Positions 28,554 through 38,400 of a stretch of 64,000 bases of DNA are shown here, piece by piece. The DNA is from Candidatus Zixiibacteriota bacterium (lineage in GTDB: Bacteria; Zixibacteria; MSB-5A5; DASWLN01): assembly GCA_036396115.1 (NCBI GenBank), contig DASWLN010000168.1:3362-67361 (forward strand). Direction: 5' to 3'. A program made the position numbers and the translations under genes. A model generated the notes under the pieces. That model was not told the DNA's origin. It ran no database searches and saw nothing but the letters and a program-made list of their open reading frames with translations. Numbering within the stretch: position 1 is the first letter of the stretch; the number at the start of each line of letters is the position of its first letter.

Positions 28554-30401
28554 ATGCTAAAGAAACCATTCATATTCCTCTTAATTCTTGCGATTTTGAT
28601 TACGGCTTATTCTATTCACGCTTTAGCTCAGGCGCCGGAAAATGAGTTTAAGCAAGCCCTGTCGCTTTATTCCGATGGCAATTACAAAGAAGCCAGGGTG
28701 AGGTTCGAGAAGTTGATTTCCACCTATCCGGCAGACGAACATTTATCGATTTTCAAGTTTATGCTCTCCAAGTGCGATTACTATCTGGGAGATTACATCC
28801 TGGCTCAGAGCGGATTCAGAAGTTTTGTAACCGAGTTTCCGCAAAGCCTATATTTGGGAGATGCCCATTTCATGCTGGGGAATATTGATTATCTAGAGGG
28901 GAACAAATTTGAGGCGGCAGTGGAATACCTCAAAGCATACGATTATGCGGAGAATGAAGAGCTCAAAGGTTTAGCCTATAACTCACTTATTCCTCTTCTG
29001 AAAGTGGGTTTGAGCTTAAGTGAACACGATAGGTTGGTTCGGCAAAGCAGGGGAAGAAAATTGGCGGATGAGGTATTGTTTCAATTGGCTCAAAGGGAGC
29101 TTGAGCGTAAAAACTTTGCTGAAGCCAAGGACTTTTTGGAGCAGTATATTGAAAATTATCCTGAAGGCAGTCATCTTAAAGAAGCAGAAGAGCTTCTGAA
29201 ACCCGTGGCTTCGCCCCGAGGCGAGTATGTATCTAAGCCCACTCAAGATATATATCCGAGACTTCCCTCGGCTTCGCCGAGAGGCGAGCGTCCCGAGACG
29301 AGCAAGATAGGCGTTTTGGTACCGCTATCCGGAGTTTATCAGACTTACGGTGAGAATCTTCTGAAAGGGATAAAGCTGGCTGTGGCGAAATACTATCCCC
29401 AAAGAATTGAGCTAACAGTCAAGGACACCCAGGAGAACCCAATTGTAACCGCCCATAAGACCAAGGAGTTAATTGAGGAGAACGGCGTCATAGCCATAAT
29501 TGGTCCATTGAAAAGTGATTGTGCCGCCTCTGCTGCGGCTGTGGCTAATTGCCTTTCTGTTCCGCTGGTCTGTCCAGCCGTATCAGAGGAGGGGATAACC
29601 ACTTTGGGCAAATATATTTTTCAATTAAGCACCAGCACTGAGAAAATGGGGAGAGCAATGGCACACTATGCCACAACTAGTATGGGACTGACGGAATTTG
29701 TCATTTTGGCGCCGGATGATTCCTATGGGAGAAACACAGTGAGTGGTTTTGAGGAGGAGGTGAAACACTTAGGAGGGAAAATTGCCGCTTGCCAGTTCTA
29801 TTCTCGAGAAAGCACAGATTTTGGAAATGAATTGAGAGCCATCCGGGATATTCTTTTCAAGGAAAAGGAAAAAAGGGAGGGCGGAATAGATACCACCAAA
29901 TACGTTGACATCCAAGGCAAGCCTTTACCTCTTGATGCCATTCCAGTTCAGGTAGACGGATTTTTCCTGCCGGGTTACAGCGAGGACGTTATCCTCATCG
30001 CTCCGCAAATAGCCTTCACCAAGATAGAAACGCATCTTTTGGGGAGTGAGGGGTGGAAAAATAAAAGGATCATCGAGCTTTCCGGAGATTATGTGCAGAA
30101 GGCAGTTTTCGTCTCAGATTCCTATGAGGATGAGAATGACTCTTCTGACTTTGTTTCTTCCTATGAAAAAACCTATGCTGAAAAACCGGATAAGGTAGCT
30201 GTTTTAGGTTATGACAGTATCAAGTTCTTGGGCTTGGCCTTGGAGGGAAAGAGTTGGACCTCTCAAGAAATAGGAGACTGTTTAAGCAAAGTGAAGGATT
30301 TTGACGGAGCATCGGGCAAGTTTTTACTTAATCCTCAACATGAGAACGAGAGCTTTTCCATATTTACCATAGAGGGAAAGAAATTCAAAAAACTAGAATA
30401 G
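28554..30401 (+). CDS. TPR-domain plus type I periplasmic-binding-domain fusion protein (LpoA-like architecture)
   Basis: Signal peptide, N-terminal TPRs and a C-terminal LivK/Peripla_BP_6-like domain (IGVLVPLSGVYQTYGEN...IGPLKS). The interdomain linker carries an in-frame repeat insertion. Confidence 0.6.
   Translation: MLKKPFIFLLILAILITAYSIHALAQAPENEFKQALSLYSDGNYKEARVRFEKLISTYPADEHLSIFKFMLSKCDYYLGDYILAQSGFRSFVTEFPQSLYLGDAHFMLGNIDYLEGNKFEAAVEYLKAYDYAENEELKGLAYNSLIPLLKVGLSLSEHDRLVRQSRGRKLADEVLFQLAQRELERKNFAEAKDFLEQYIENYPEGSHLKEAEELLKPVASPRGEYVSKPTQDIYPRLPSASPRGERPETSKIGVLVPLSGVYQTYGENLLKGIKLAVAKYYPQRIELTVKDTQENPIVTAHKTKELIEENGVIAIIGPLKSDCAASAAAVANCLSVPLVCPAVSEEGITTLGKYIFQLSTSTEKMGRAMAHYATTSMGLTEFVILAPDDSYGRNTVSGFEEEVKHLGGKIAACQFYSRESTDFGNELRAIRDILFKEKEKREGGIDTTKYVDIQGKPLPLDAIPVQVDGFFLPGYSEDVILIAPQIAFTKIETHLLGSEGWKNKRIIELSGDYVQKAVFVSDSYEDENDSSDFVSSYEKTYAEKPDKVAVLGYDSIKFLGLALEGKSWTSQEIGDCLSKVKDFDGASGKFLLNPQHENESFSIFTIEGKKFKKLE
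29201..29300. repeat. in-frame copy of the CCTCGGCTTCGCCGAGAGGCGAGCG repeat inside the CDS at 28554
   Basis: Same repeat as at 3751-3792 and 63741-63795. Encodes ASPRGEYVSKPTQDIYPRLPSASPRGERPETS in the linker. Confidence 0.7.
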
Positions 30402-30409
30402 GAGAGAAA

Positions 30410-30628
30410 TTGGACCAACAGGAAAGAAAAGTGGCTTTGAAGGTCTTCATAGACGGCAAGGAAAGGGATGTTACCTTTGATGAACTGACTCTGTCCAATA
30501 ATCTGGCTTTGGAGTCTTTGCTTAGGGTTTTAGCCCGAAAGAAAGTCGTTGATTCGAAGGAGCTTATGGAAGAGATGGAAAGGGTGAGAAAAGAAAGAAT
30601 GCCAGATCTCCCTTTGGATAAGAAATAG
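30410..30628 (+). CDS. hypothetical protein (72 aa)
   Basis: ORF with RBS-like GGAG upstream. First of three closely spaced small genes. Confidence 0.35.
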   Translation: MDQQERKVALKVFIDGKERDVTFDELTLSNNLALESLLRVLARKKVVDSKELMEEMERVRKERMPDLPLDKK

Positions 30629-30630
30629 AT

Positions 30631-31068
30631 ATGTCTGAACAAGTTATGCTTAACTGGAAAGTCCATCCATTTAAAAGAAACAAAAAAGTTTCAATCGGAG
30701 TGATTTTGCTTTTATTTTTGGTCTGGGGCATAGTGTATCTTGCCACAGGCAGTTTACTTTTTTTGGCAATTGCAGTCGTTATGTTGTTGGGTTCCCTTTC
30801 AGGGTTCTTCCTGCCGACCGAATATGAGTTTTATACGAATAAGATAAAAGTGAAATATTTTTTAGCCAGCTTGGAGAAAGAGTGGAAGAATTATCGCAGT
30901 TTCTATATAGATAAGAATGGAGTGCTTTTGAGTCCTTTTAAAGAACCATCCAGATTGGAGAACTTCAGAGGGGTATATCTCAGACTGGACAGAAACTCAG
31001 AGATAAAAGATAAGGTTATAGATTTTATCAAATCTAAGATGGATAATTCTGTTGACGGTTCACGGTAG
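30631..31068 (+). CDS. hypothetical membrane protein (145 aa, 2 TM)
   Basis: Starts 3 nt after the previous stop. Confidence 0.4.
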   Translation: MSEQVMLNWKVHPFKRNKKVSIGVILLLFLVWGIVYLATGSLLFLAIAVVMLLGSLSGFFLPTEYEFYTNKIKVKYFLASLEKEWKNYRSFYIDKNGVLLSPFKEPSRLENFRGVYLRLDRNSEIKDKVIDFIKSKMDNSVDGSR

Positions 31069-31129
31069 ATGGTTCATAGTTAAACCATTAATTACGGACT
31101 GTGAACCATGAACCATAGGTGAATTAAAT

Positions 31130-31561
31130 ATGATTTTTCGTCAGAAATTCTCGCTTCCCGACTTTAAGGAAACAGATTCAAATCTCAAGACCCAAAATTC
31201 GGGGAATCTGACACCAGAGCAGGAAGAGCTTTTACGTAAGGTGGCACAGAAGGTTGTGCGCTGGAAGATGTCGGTCCCAGCCATTCTTTTCCTGGAGTCA
31301 GTCAAGCCCCTAAATTACCTTGGAAGTCAGATGATGGTCTTCTTTGAACCGTTTGTTCAGACCGTTTTCACCTGGAAAGATTATGACCAATACAGAATTA
31401 TTATGGAGGAAAGGGAAAATGTCGAAAAATTGTTACAGAAGATAGAGGAGTTGGATGCCATAGAAAAAGAAAAAGAAAAAGAAGGAAAAAAGAAAATAAA
31501 GGAAAAAAGAAAGAATTTACCCTGGGGCAAAAGAATTTGGAGTTATATAAGCGGAAGGTGA
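31130..31561 (+). CDS. hypothetical protein with Lys/Glu-rich C-terminus
   Basis: ORF only. No family recognised. Confidence 0.35.
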   Translation: MIFRQKFSLPDFKETDSNLKTQNSGNLTPEQEELLRKVAQKVVRWKMSVPAILFLESVKPLNYLGSQMMVFFEPFVQTVFTWKDYDQYRIIMEERENVEKLLQKIEELDAIEKEKEKEGKKKIKEKRKNLPWGKRIWSYISGR

Positions 31562-31581
31562 TAGATTGAAATATAATAAGT

Positions 31582-31682
31582 TGTCATTGCGAGGAGCCCC
31601 GATGGCAATCGGGACGACGAAGCAATCTTGAAATTAAAACCGAGATTGCTTCGCTTCCCCTACAGGGTCGCTCGCAATGACA
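31582..31682. repeat. TGTCATTGCGAG MITE copy
   Basis: TGTCATTGCGAGGAGCCCCGATGG...GGGTCGCTCGCAATGACA. Confidence 0.75.
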
Positions 31683-31807
31683 GAATATATGTGCAGGGGT
31701 GAAGTTTATCTATTGCCTGAGCTGGTAGAGACGCAAAATTTTGCGTCTCTACAAACCACAGGGAATTCATCCCTGTGCGGATAATCATTTCGAAAATGGA
31801 GGTAAAT

Positions 31808-32446
31808 ATGAAAAGGATTTTAATTGCTTTGTTAGTGTTAGTTTTGTGCTTTAGTTTGACTTTGGCCCAAGAAGAAAAACCACTCTCCGGCAAGAAGGTT
31901 GTGATGATAATTGCCCCTAAAGATTTCAGGGACGAGGAGTTATTGGAGCCAATGACTATTCTCTTAGGTAAAGGAGCAGAGGTTGCTGTTGCCAGCAGTT
32001 CCCTTGATACGAGCGTTGGGATGTTGGGTGCGAAAATGAAGCCGGAGATTTTGGTTTCAAATATCAAAGCCAAAGACTGGGATGCAATTGTTCTGGTTGG
32101 TGGACAGGGAGCCAGAGAGTACTGGAATGATAAAGTTTTACATACCATCCTGAAAGATGCAGTAAAAGAAGATAAGATAATTGGAGCGATTTGCATCGCT
32201 CCGGTGACCTTAGCCAACACTGGCATATTGAAAGGCAAGAAAGCAACGGTGTATGAAGGTGTGGCAGACAAGCTAAAATCAAAAGGGGCAAGTTATACCG
32301 GCTCGGATGTACAAGAGGACGGCAAACTAATAACTGCCAATGGTCCTAAGGCGGCTGGGAGATTTGCGGAGGTGTTAGTAGAAGCTTTAGGAAAGGGACA
32401 AAAAGTGTGTCCAAAAACAGGTTTAAAGACCTGCCCTTTGCATTAA
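31808..32446 (+). CDS. DJ-1/PfpI family protein, secreted
   Basis: Signal peptide. DJ-1 core GKKVVMIIAPKDFRDEE...IGAICIAPV with nucleophile-elbow Cys. Confidence 0.8.
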   Translation: MKRILIALLVLVLCFSLTLAQEEKPLSGKKVVMIIAPKDFRDEELLEPMTILLGKGAEVAVASSSLDTSVGMLGAKMKPEILVSNIKAKDWDAIVLVGGQGAREYWNDKVLHTILKDAVKEDKIIGAICIAPVTLANTGILKGKKATVYEGVADKLKSKGASYTGSDVQEDGKLITANGPKAAGRFAEVLVEALGKGQKVCPKTGLKTCPLH

Positions 32447-32559
32447 GACAGTTTACCCTGCACCATTACGGTGCAGGGTTTAGAAGTTTAAAAAGTTTGT
32501 AGTTGCTCGTCTGCCCTTGGCAGGGCAGGGATTTATCGAACAAATTCTTGTCGGATAAA

Positions 32560-32700
32560 TCCGACCGCTACAATAAAGGAGATTGCTTCGTCGTCCTTCG
32601 ACAAAAGCTTCGGGACTCCTCGCAATGACAGTATATGGTATTGTCATTGCGAGCGTAGCGAAGCAATCTATGCAGTTGCCGCGATATTCATCGGGACGGT
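32560..32700. repeat. two abutting TGTCATTGCGAG MITE termini (tail of one copy and head of the next)
   Basis: ...GGACTCCTCGCAATGACAGTATATGGTATTGTCATTGCGAGCGTAGCGAAGCAATC... Confidence 0.65.
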
Positions 32701-32797
32701 TTTAGATAAAATCAAATTCGTCCCATAAATGTGGCAACTACATTAAGACATTGAAAACAAATATAATAACTCGAATGGACAAACAACAAGGAGCAAT

Positions 32798-34624
32798 ATG
32801 AAGGATTTAAAACCTGAAAATGTCAATGTAATTTTAGCCACGGATTGTGGAAGCACCACCACCAAAGCGATCTTAATCGAAAAAAAGGGAAGCGGATATC
32901 GCCTCATCGTTCGCGGCGAAGCTCCCACCACGGTGGAAGCACCTTTTGAGGATGTTACTATGGGGGTCTTAAATGCAGTGGGAGAGGTGGAGGAACTGAC
33001 CGGGAGAAAGCTTTTGGATGAGAACGGTAGAATCATCTCGCCTGCCAAGGGAAATATTGGCTGTGATATTTATATCTCCACTTCCAGCGCGGGTGGTGGT
33101 CTGCAGATGATGGTGGCTGGAGTTGTTCGCACTATGACTGCAGAATCAGCGGAGAGGGCGGCTCTGGGTGCAGGTGCGATTGTGATGGACGTTATCTCCT
33201 CAAATGATAAAAGACTTCCTCATGAGCAGATTCAAAGAATCAGGCACTTAAGGCCAGATATGATTTTGCTTTCCGGTGGAATCGATGGTGGAACCACCAC
33301 ACACGTGGTTGAGCTAGCAGAGTTGATTTCTGCGGCTGACCCCAAACCGAGATTGGGAAGCGGATATAAGCTTCCGGTAATCTATGCCGGAAATGTTAAT
33401 GCGCGCGAAGCGGTTAAAGAGACTTTGTCCGGAAAAACAGATTTGGATATTGTGGACAATATTCGTCCGGTTCTGGAAAGAGAAAATCTTTTGCCTGCCA
33501 GAGAGAAGATTCACGACCTTTTCATGGAGCACGTTATGGCTCAGGCGCCGGGGTACAAAAAGCTTATGACCTGGACCGATGCACCGATAATGCCCACTCC
33601 CGGAGCAGTTGGTTTAATCATCAAGATCATTGCGGACTTGGAGAAGATAGAGGCTGTGGGTGTGGATATAGGAGGAGCGACAACTGACATCTTTTCAGTT
33701 TTTCAGGGGGTTTTCAATCGGACCGTCAGCGCCAATCTGGGTATGAGTTATTCGGTCTCAAATGTATTTGCCGAAACCGGACTTCCCAATGTTATGCGCT
33801 GGGTTCCTTTCCATATGGATGAGCGGGATTTAAGAAACAGGGTAAAAAATAAAATGATTCGTCCAACCACCATTCCCCAGATGATGGAGGAGTTGATTTT
33901 CGAGCAAGCCATTGCCAAAGAAGCGTTAAGATTGGCTTTCATTCAACACAAATCGTTTGCCACGGTCTTGAAAGGTATACAGCAACAGAGGACCATTGCG
34001 GATGCATTTGACCAGACTGCCAGTGGTCAAACCCTGGTGAATATGATGAGTCTGGATATCTTAGTTGGCTCAGGCGGAGTGCTCTCGCACGCACCTCGCA
34101 GACAACAAGCCGCCTTAATGCTGATTGATAGTTTCCTGCCAGAGGGGATAACCCGCTTAGCAGTGGATAGCATATTTATGATGCCGCAATTAGGAGTGCT
34201 TTCCACCATTCATCCCAAAGCAGCCAAGGACGTGTTTGATAAAGATTGCTTGATTCATTTAGGAACTTGCATCGCTCCAGTGGGCGGAGGAAAAGAGGGG
34301 AAGGAGATTTTAAAATATAAGTTTAAGCTACCTAGTGGAAAAGAGGAGGAAGGGGTTTTGAAATACGGGGAAATGAAAAGGATTCTTTTGGATGTAGGAG
34401 AAAAAGCAGAAGCGAGCCTGGAGCCCTATAGGGGTTTTGACATCGGCAAAGGAAAGGGAGCAAAAGTCGAGACCAAAATAAGTGGAGGAGTTGCCGGGAT
34501 AATTTTGGATGGCAGAGGAAGACCGTTTAGTTTGCCCACAGATGACAAAATCAGAGTGAATAAGCTCAAAGAGTGGATGCTGGCTCTGGATATTTATCCC
34601 AAAGAAGCGCTGGAGAGCTTGTAA
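32798..34624 (+). CDS. GlmL/MutL-like ASKHA (acetate/sugar kinase-Hsp70-actin fold) protein, 608 aa
   Basis: N-terminus ILATDCGSTTTKAIL resembles the glutamate mutase L family phosphate-1 motif. A second DIGGATTDIFSV motif is present. Longer than canonical GlmL. Confidence 0.45.
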   Translation: MKDLKPENVNVILATDCGSTTTKAILIEKKGSGYRLIVRGEAPTTVEAPFEDVTMGVLNAVGEVEELTGRKLLDENGRIISPAKGNIGCDIYISTSSAGGGLQMMVAGVVRTMTAESAERAALGAGAIVMDVISSNDKRLPHEQIQRIRHLRPDMILLSGGIDGGTTTHVVELAELISAADPKPRLGSGYKLPVIYAGNVNAREAVKETLSGKTDLDIVDNIRPVLERENLLPAREKIHDLFMEHVMAQAPGYKKLMTWTDAPIMPTPGAVGLIIKIIADLEKIEAVGVDIGGATTDIFSVFQGVFNRTVSANLGMSYSVSNVFAETGLPNVMRWVPFHMDERDLRNRVKNKMIRPTTIPQMMEELIFEQAIAKEALRLAFIQHKSFATVLKGIQQQRTIADAFDQTASGQTLVNMMSLDILVGSGGVLSHAPRRQQAALMLIDSFLPEGITRLAVDSIFMMPQLGVLSTIHPKAAKDVFDKDCLIHLGTCIAPVGGGKEGKEILKYKFKLPSGKEEEGVLKYGEMKRILLDVGEKAEASLEPYRGFDIGKGKGAKVETKISGGVAGIILDGRGRPFSLPTDDKIRVNKLKEWMLALDIYPKEALESL

Positions 34625-34639
34625 ATTTACATTTAAAGC

Positions 34640-34945
34640 CAGCGGGAACTCCCCACCTGTTAAGGTGGGAATAAGAGCAGTTTGTGAGTTTTTGTGTCAT
34701 TCCTGTCCCGCATTTCTGCGGGATAAACTCCAGTCTCAAGACGCAGAATTCGCGCAGAGCCCGTCCCGTACTGGATACGGGAAATCCAGAAAAGGAAAGC
34801 AAGTATGGATCCCCGATTAAACCCTCGGGGATGACAAGACGTAGTAAGGGCAATTCATGAATTGCCCTTACAAACAGCAAGAACCACACCCGTCCTTCGA
34901 CATGCTCAGGATGGTGAGCAAGGTCGAACCATAAAGGCGCGGGAG
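34640..34945. repeat. intergenic GC-rich repeat block
   Basis: Contains TCCTTCGACATGCTCAGGATGGTGAGCAAGGTCGAACC (family at 14330/21730) and GTCCCGCATTTCTGCGGGATA hairpins. Confidence 0.55.
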
Positions 34946-35013
34946 TTGATATATTGAAATTGAGATTAACGAATTACTCATATAATCATAATAAATAAAC
35001 AAAAGAGGTTTTT

Positions 35014-36141
35014 ATGGGTCATGCATATACCCCCGGTTTAAAAGTAACAGAAAGAGTCCTTTTAATAAAAAACAGAATCTTGCCTTTAAAAGGGGAAGTA
35101 TTAGTGAAGGTTGGGGATAAAGTTCATCCCGATACGGTTGTAGCCAGAACTCTTCTGCCGGGAAACGTTGAGCCGGTGAACGTGGCTAATAAATTGGGCA
35201 TTCCAGCAGAGGATGTGGAGTTTCATATGCTCAAAAAGGAGGGAGACAAGGTAGAAGAAAAAGAGACCATTGCAGAAAGCAGAAGTTTTTTTGGTCTTTT
35301 TAGGTCTGATGTCCATTCCCCAATTGTGGGAAAAATCGAGAGCGTCTCGCATATTACCGGGCAGGTATTGATTCGGGGAAATCCAATTCCGGTTGAGATA
35401 AAGGCATATCTGGAAGGGGAGGTGGTGGAGGTCTTTGAGAAAGAAGGGGTGGCGGTCAGCACCTGGGGCTCTTTCATTCAGGGGATTTTTGGAATAGGCG
35501 GGGAAACGCATGGACAGATAAAAGTGTTAACCAAGGATAACAAGGAAGTGCTGACTGACAAGCTGATTGATAAAAGCTGTAAAGGAAAAGTGATTATAGG
35601 CGGAAGTATAGTGACCAGCAATGCCATTCATCAGGCGATTTCAGTTGGGGCTTGTGGAATTGTGGTAGGTGGATTGGACGACAAAGACTTAAGGGAGTTT
35701 TTGGGGTATGACTTAGGTGTAGCCATAACCGGCTCAGAGGATTTAGGGATAACTCTGGTCATAACCGAAGGTTTCGGTCAGATAAATATGGCGGAGAAGA
35801 CCTTTGAACTCTTTAAATCCAAAGAGGGAAAGGAAGCTTGCATTAATGGGGCTACGCAGATTCGGGCCGGGGTTATTCGTCCGGAGGTAGTTATCCCCTA
35901 TGAAGGAGATGTGCATAAGAAGGAAGAGAAAGAGAATTTGGGAAATGTCGGCTTAACCACGGGTTATCCAGTGAGGGTGATTCGTCAGCCCTATTTTGGG
36001 GAATTAGGAAAGGTGGTAGCTTTGCCTCCGCAACTGCAGAAATTGGAGTCGGAATCAAAAGCTCGAGTGTTGGAAGTCCAGTTCAAGGATGGCAGAAAGG
36101 TGGTAGTCCCACGGGCGAACGTGGAGATGCTGGAGGAGTAG
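35014..36141 (+). CDS. hypothetical protein, 375 aa (possible partner of the GlmL-like gene)
   Basis: ORF with a good RBS. No family recognised. Confidence 0.4.
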   Translation: MGHAYTPGLKVTERVLLIKNRILPLKGEVLVKVGDKVHPDTVVARTLLPGNVEPVNVANKLGIPAEDVEFHMLKKEGDKVEEKETIAESRSFFGLFRSDVHSPIVGKIESVSHITGQVLIRGNPIPVEIKAYLEGEVVEVFEKEGVAVSTWGSFIQGIFGIGGETHGQIKVLTKDNKEVLTDKLIDKSCKGKVIIGGSIVTSNAIHQAISVGACGIVVGGLDDKDLREFLGYDLGVAITGSEDLGITLVITEGFGQINMAEKTFELFKSKEGKEACINGATQIRAGVIRPEVVIPYEGDVHKKEEKENLGNVGLTTGYPVRVIRQPYFGELGKVVALPPQLQKLESESKARVLEVQFKDGRKVVVPRANVEMLEE

Positions 36142-36184
36142 TAAAGCAGTTTTGAGTTTTGAGAAAATTCTTTAGGTGTAGAGG

Positions 36185-36330
36185 CAAGGAATCCTCAACC
36201 CCTCTTGATCTCCCCTTATCAGGGGAGCAACCAGCAGAGTCCCCCTGACAAGGGGGACAACAGGGGGTTAGTCAGGAGCTTTGGGGTTGATGTTCTGTCA
36301 GGAGCTACTCCTGACGGATATAAAACAGAA
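36185..36330. repeat. intergenic repeat block (CCCCTTATCAGGGG / TGTCAGGAGCTACTCCTGACGG families)
   Basis: Matches 19600-19680 and 14080-14105. Confidence 0.6.
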
Positions 36331-36503
36331 AAGAGAAATATCAGGACTATGGTTCGACATAACCCAAAAGAGAGTCTTGAGTTTCAAGAGACGGGGGCTA
36401 ATAAAGTATTGTGCAGGCTAAATCCTTTAACTAAATGGGGGTTGATAAGATATATTGATCCCTAGGCCACGGCATAAGGATTTTTTTGTTGAGGAGGTAA
36501 TAA

Positions 36504-37283
36504 ATGAAATTAGATGATATCAAGATCTCTCGAGCCATAATCGAATCCTATAAGGATAAACTCGTCCGAGCTTTAGATGTAGATGTTGCTATAGTTGGCG
36601 CTGGCCCTGCGGGGATGGTATGCGGGTACTATCTAGCTTGTGCCGGTAAAGATGTTGTCATATTCGAAAGGAAGCTATCAGTGGGTGGTGGTATGTGGGG
36701 CGGTGGAGCGATGTTTAATCAAATAGTGATTCAAGGAAAAGCTAAAAAGATCATGGATGAGTTTGATATCCATACCGAACTCTATGAGAAGGGTTACTAC
36801 ATTGCGGACTCGATTGAAGCAGTTTCAACTATCTGCTCGAAGACCGCGAAGGCAAAAGTTAAGATCTTCAACCTTCTAAGCGCAGAGGATGTGTTGGTAA
36901 AGGATAAGCGGGTATGCGGTTTGGTCCTTAACTGGACCGCGGTTGAGATGGCCGGTTTGCATGTAGACCCAATCACCATGCGTGCGCGTTTCGTAGTGGA
37001 TGCTACGGGCCATGCGGCTGAGATAGTGCATATCATAGAAAGGAAGTCCGGTATGAAACTGAAGACGGCAACAGGTAAGATCCAAGGGGAACAGTCGATG
37101 TGGGCAGAGGCAGGTGAAGATGCGATCCTTGGAAATTCTAAAGAGGTCGCCTCAGGTTTATATGTCTGCGGGATGTGTGCTAACGCGGTGTTTGGTGCAC
37201 CACGCATGGGTCCCGTATTCGGAGGCATGCTCTTATCCGGAGAGAAGGTTGCCCGTGAGCTAATTGGGAAGTTATGCCAATGA
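36504..37283 (+). CDS. thi4: thiazole synthase Thi4 (archaeal/eukaryotic-type, thi4 family)
   Basis: [26 protein letters not shown] fold, GGGMWGGG, and the VVDATGH motif with Thr rather than Cys before GH. Confidence 0.85.
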   Translation: MKLDDIKISRAIIESYKDKLVRALDVDVAIVGAGPAGMVCGYYLACAGKDVVIFERKLSVGGGMWGGGAMFNQIVIQGKAKKIMDEFDIHTELYEKGYYIADSIEAVSTICSKTAKAKVKIFNLLSAEDVLVKDKRVCGLVLNWTAVEMAGLHVDPITMRARFVVDATGHAAEIVHIIERKSGMKLKTATGKIQGEQSMWAEAGEDAILGNSKEVASGLYVCGMCANAVFGAPRMGPVFGGMLLSGEKVARELIGKLCQ

Positions 37284-37475
37284 TGGCGTAAGAATAGCTC
37301 GAGGATGCCTGCAAATTGATTCAGGGGAAGGAAAAGTATTTTGAGATTTGGTTTGATAACACAACCATCTTTAGTAAAGCAATTTAAGAGTTTAGAGGTT
37401 TATAGGTTTAGAGAATTATGTGGCGATTCGATTTGCACAGTATCTTGACGACATCAAATCCAAAAACCTTGTTCT

Positions 37476-37569
37476 TGTCATTGCGAGGATCCCGCCACAA
37501 GCGGGAGACGAAGCAATCCCTTTTTCGAAATCGAGACTGCTTCGTTCCCTACGAGGACTCGCAATGACA
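37476..37569. repeat. TGTCATTGCGAG MITE copy
   Basis: TGTCATTGCGAGGATCCCGCC...GAGGACTCGCAATGACA. Confidence 0.75.
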
Positions 37570-37710
37570 TATAATTACTTGGCAGGCGACATTCGCGAAT
37601 GTCGCCTTCATTGGGTCGCATTGACCATGTCAATATTCTATGAACAAGAAATGGACCCCAAAGCTGGACAGGATAAGCCTCTGTCTATTATCTGACAAAA
37701 AGGAGGGCAC

Positions 37711-38184
37711 TTGACCGATTCAAATCATTTCAATCTCAAAAATTGTCTTATTGGGCTTGCCGCCTTAACAGTGGCAATTCTTATTATCCTATATGCGGTC
37801 AAAGTCTGGCTGGTGGATAAAGCCCCATCCAGCCATTCTTCAGATAGCGGTTCAATAACACTAGGAAGCAGCTCTTTTGAAAAACGATCCTCCAAAGCGA
37901 TTACTTGGCAGGAAGCTGACAAGCATTATGGGGAAAATGTAACAATTGAAGGCAGGATCGCAGGAACATACAATTCAGGAAAGGTTTGCTTTCTTAATTT
38001 TGACACAAATTACAAGAACTCATTTACCGCAGTTATCTTCGCATCGGATTTTCACCTTTTTCCCGCAAATCCTGAAAGTTACTACGATGGTAAAAAAGTC
38101 CGCATAAAAGGTCGCATCAAAGAATATAGTGGCAGGCCGGAGATTATCCTAAACAACCTTACTCAGATAGAGGTGATAAAATAA
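37711..38184 (+). CDS. hypothetical membrane-anchored protein with C-terminal OB-fold-like domain
   Basis: N-terminal TM. C-terminal GKKVRIKGRIKEYSGRPEIILNN is reminiscent of tRNA_anti/BOF-type OB folds. Confidence 0.4.
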   Translation: MTDSNHFNLKNCLIGLAALTVAILIILYAVKVWLVDKAPSSHSSDSGSITLGSSSFEKRSSKAITWQEADKHYGENVTIEGRIAGTYNSGKVCFLNFDTNYKNSFTAVIFASDFHLFPANPESYYDGKKVRIKGRIKEYSGRPEIILNNLTQIEVIK

Positions 38185-38400
38185 ACCCAGATTTCGCAAT
38201 AGCAAAATCTGCCCAGAGGGCCGCTACATCCCGCTTCAGCGGGATTAGTCCCGCCTTAGGCGGGACCAGAGGGGGTCCCTAGACAAAATTTGCGTTGCAC
38301 CTTTTTGGTATAATTGGTTATTATGTAAGCACCGACTCCTGAACAACTTGAAAACATTGCTCATTTTCTAAGGCAAATTGTGGGATAAAAAGGGGGACTT

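Noticed and set aside
36330-36503. TPP riboswitch upstream of thi4
   Set aside because: No CUGAGA or GGGG(U/A)GC...ACCUGAUCUGGAUAAUGCCAGCG elements. The region instead contains copies of dispersed GC-rich repeats.
36205-37695. ORFs 36205..36465 and 37420..37695 in intergenic spacers
   Set aside because: They are translations of the GC-rich dispersed repeats (CCCCTTATCAGGGG, TGTCATTGCGAG MITE). The same peptides would appear at every repeat copy.
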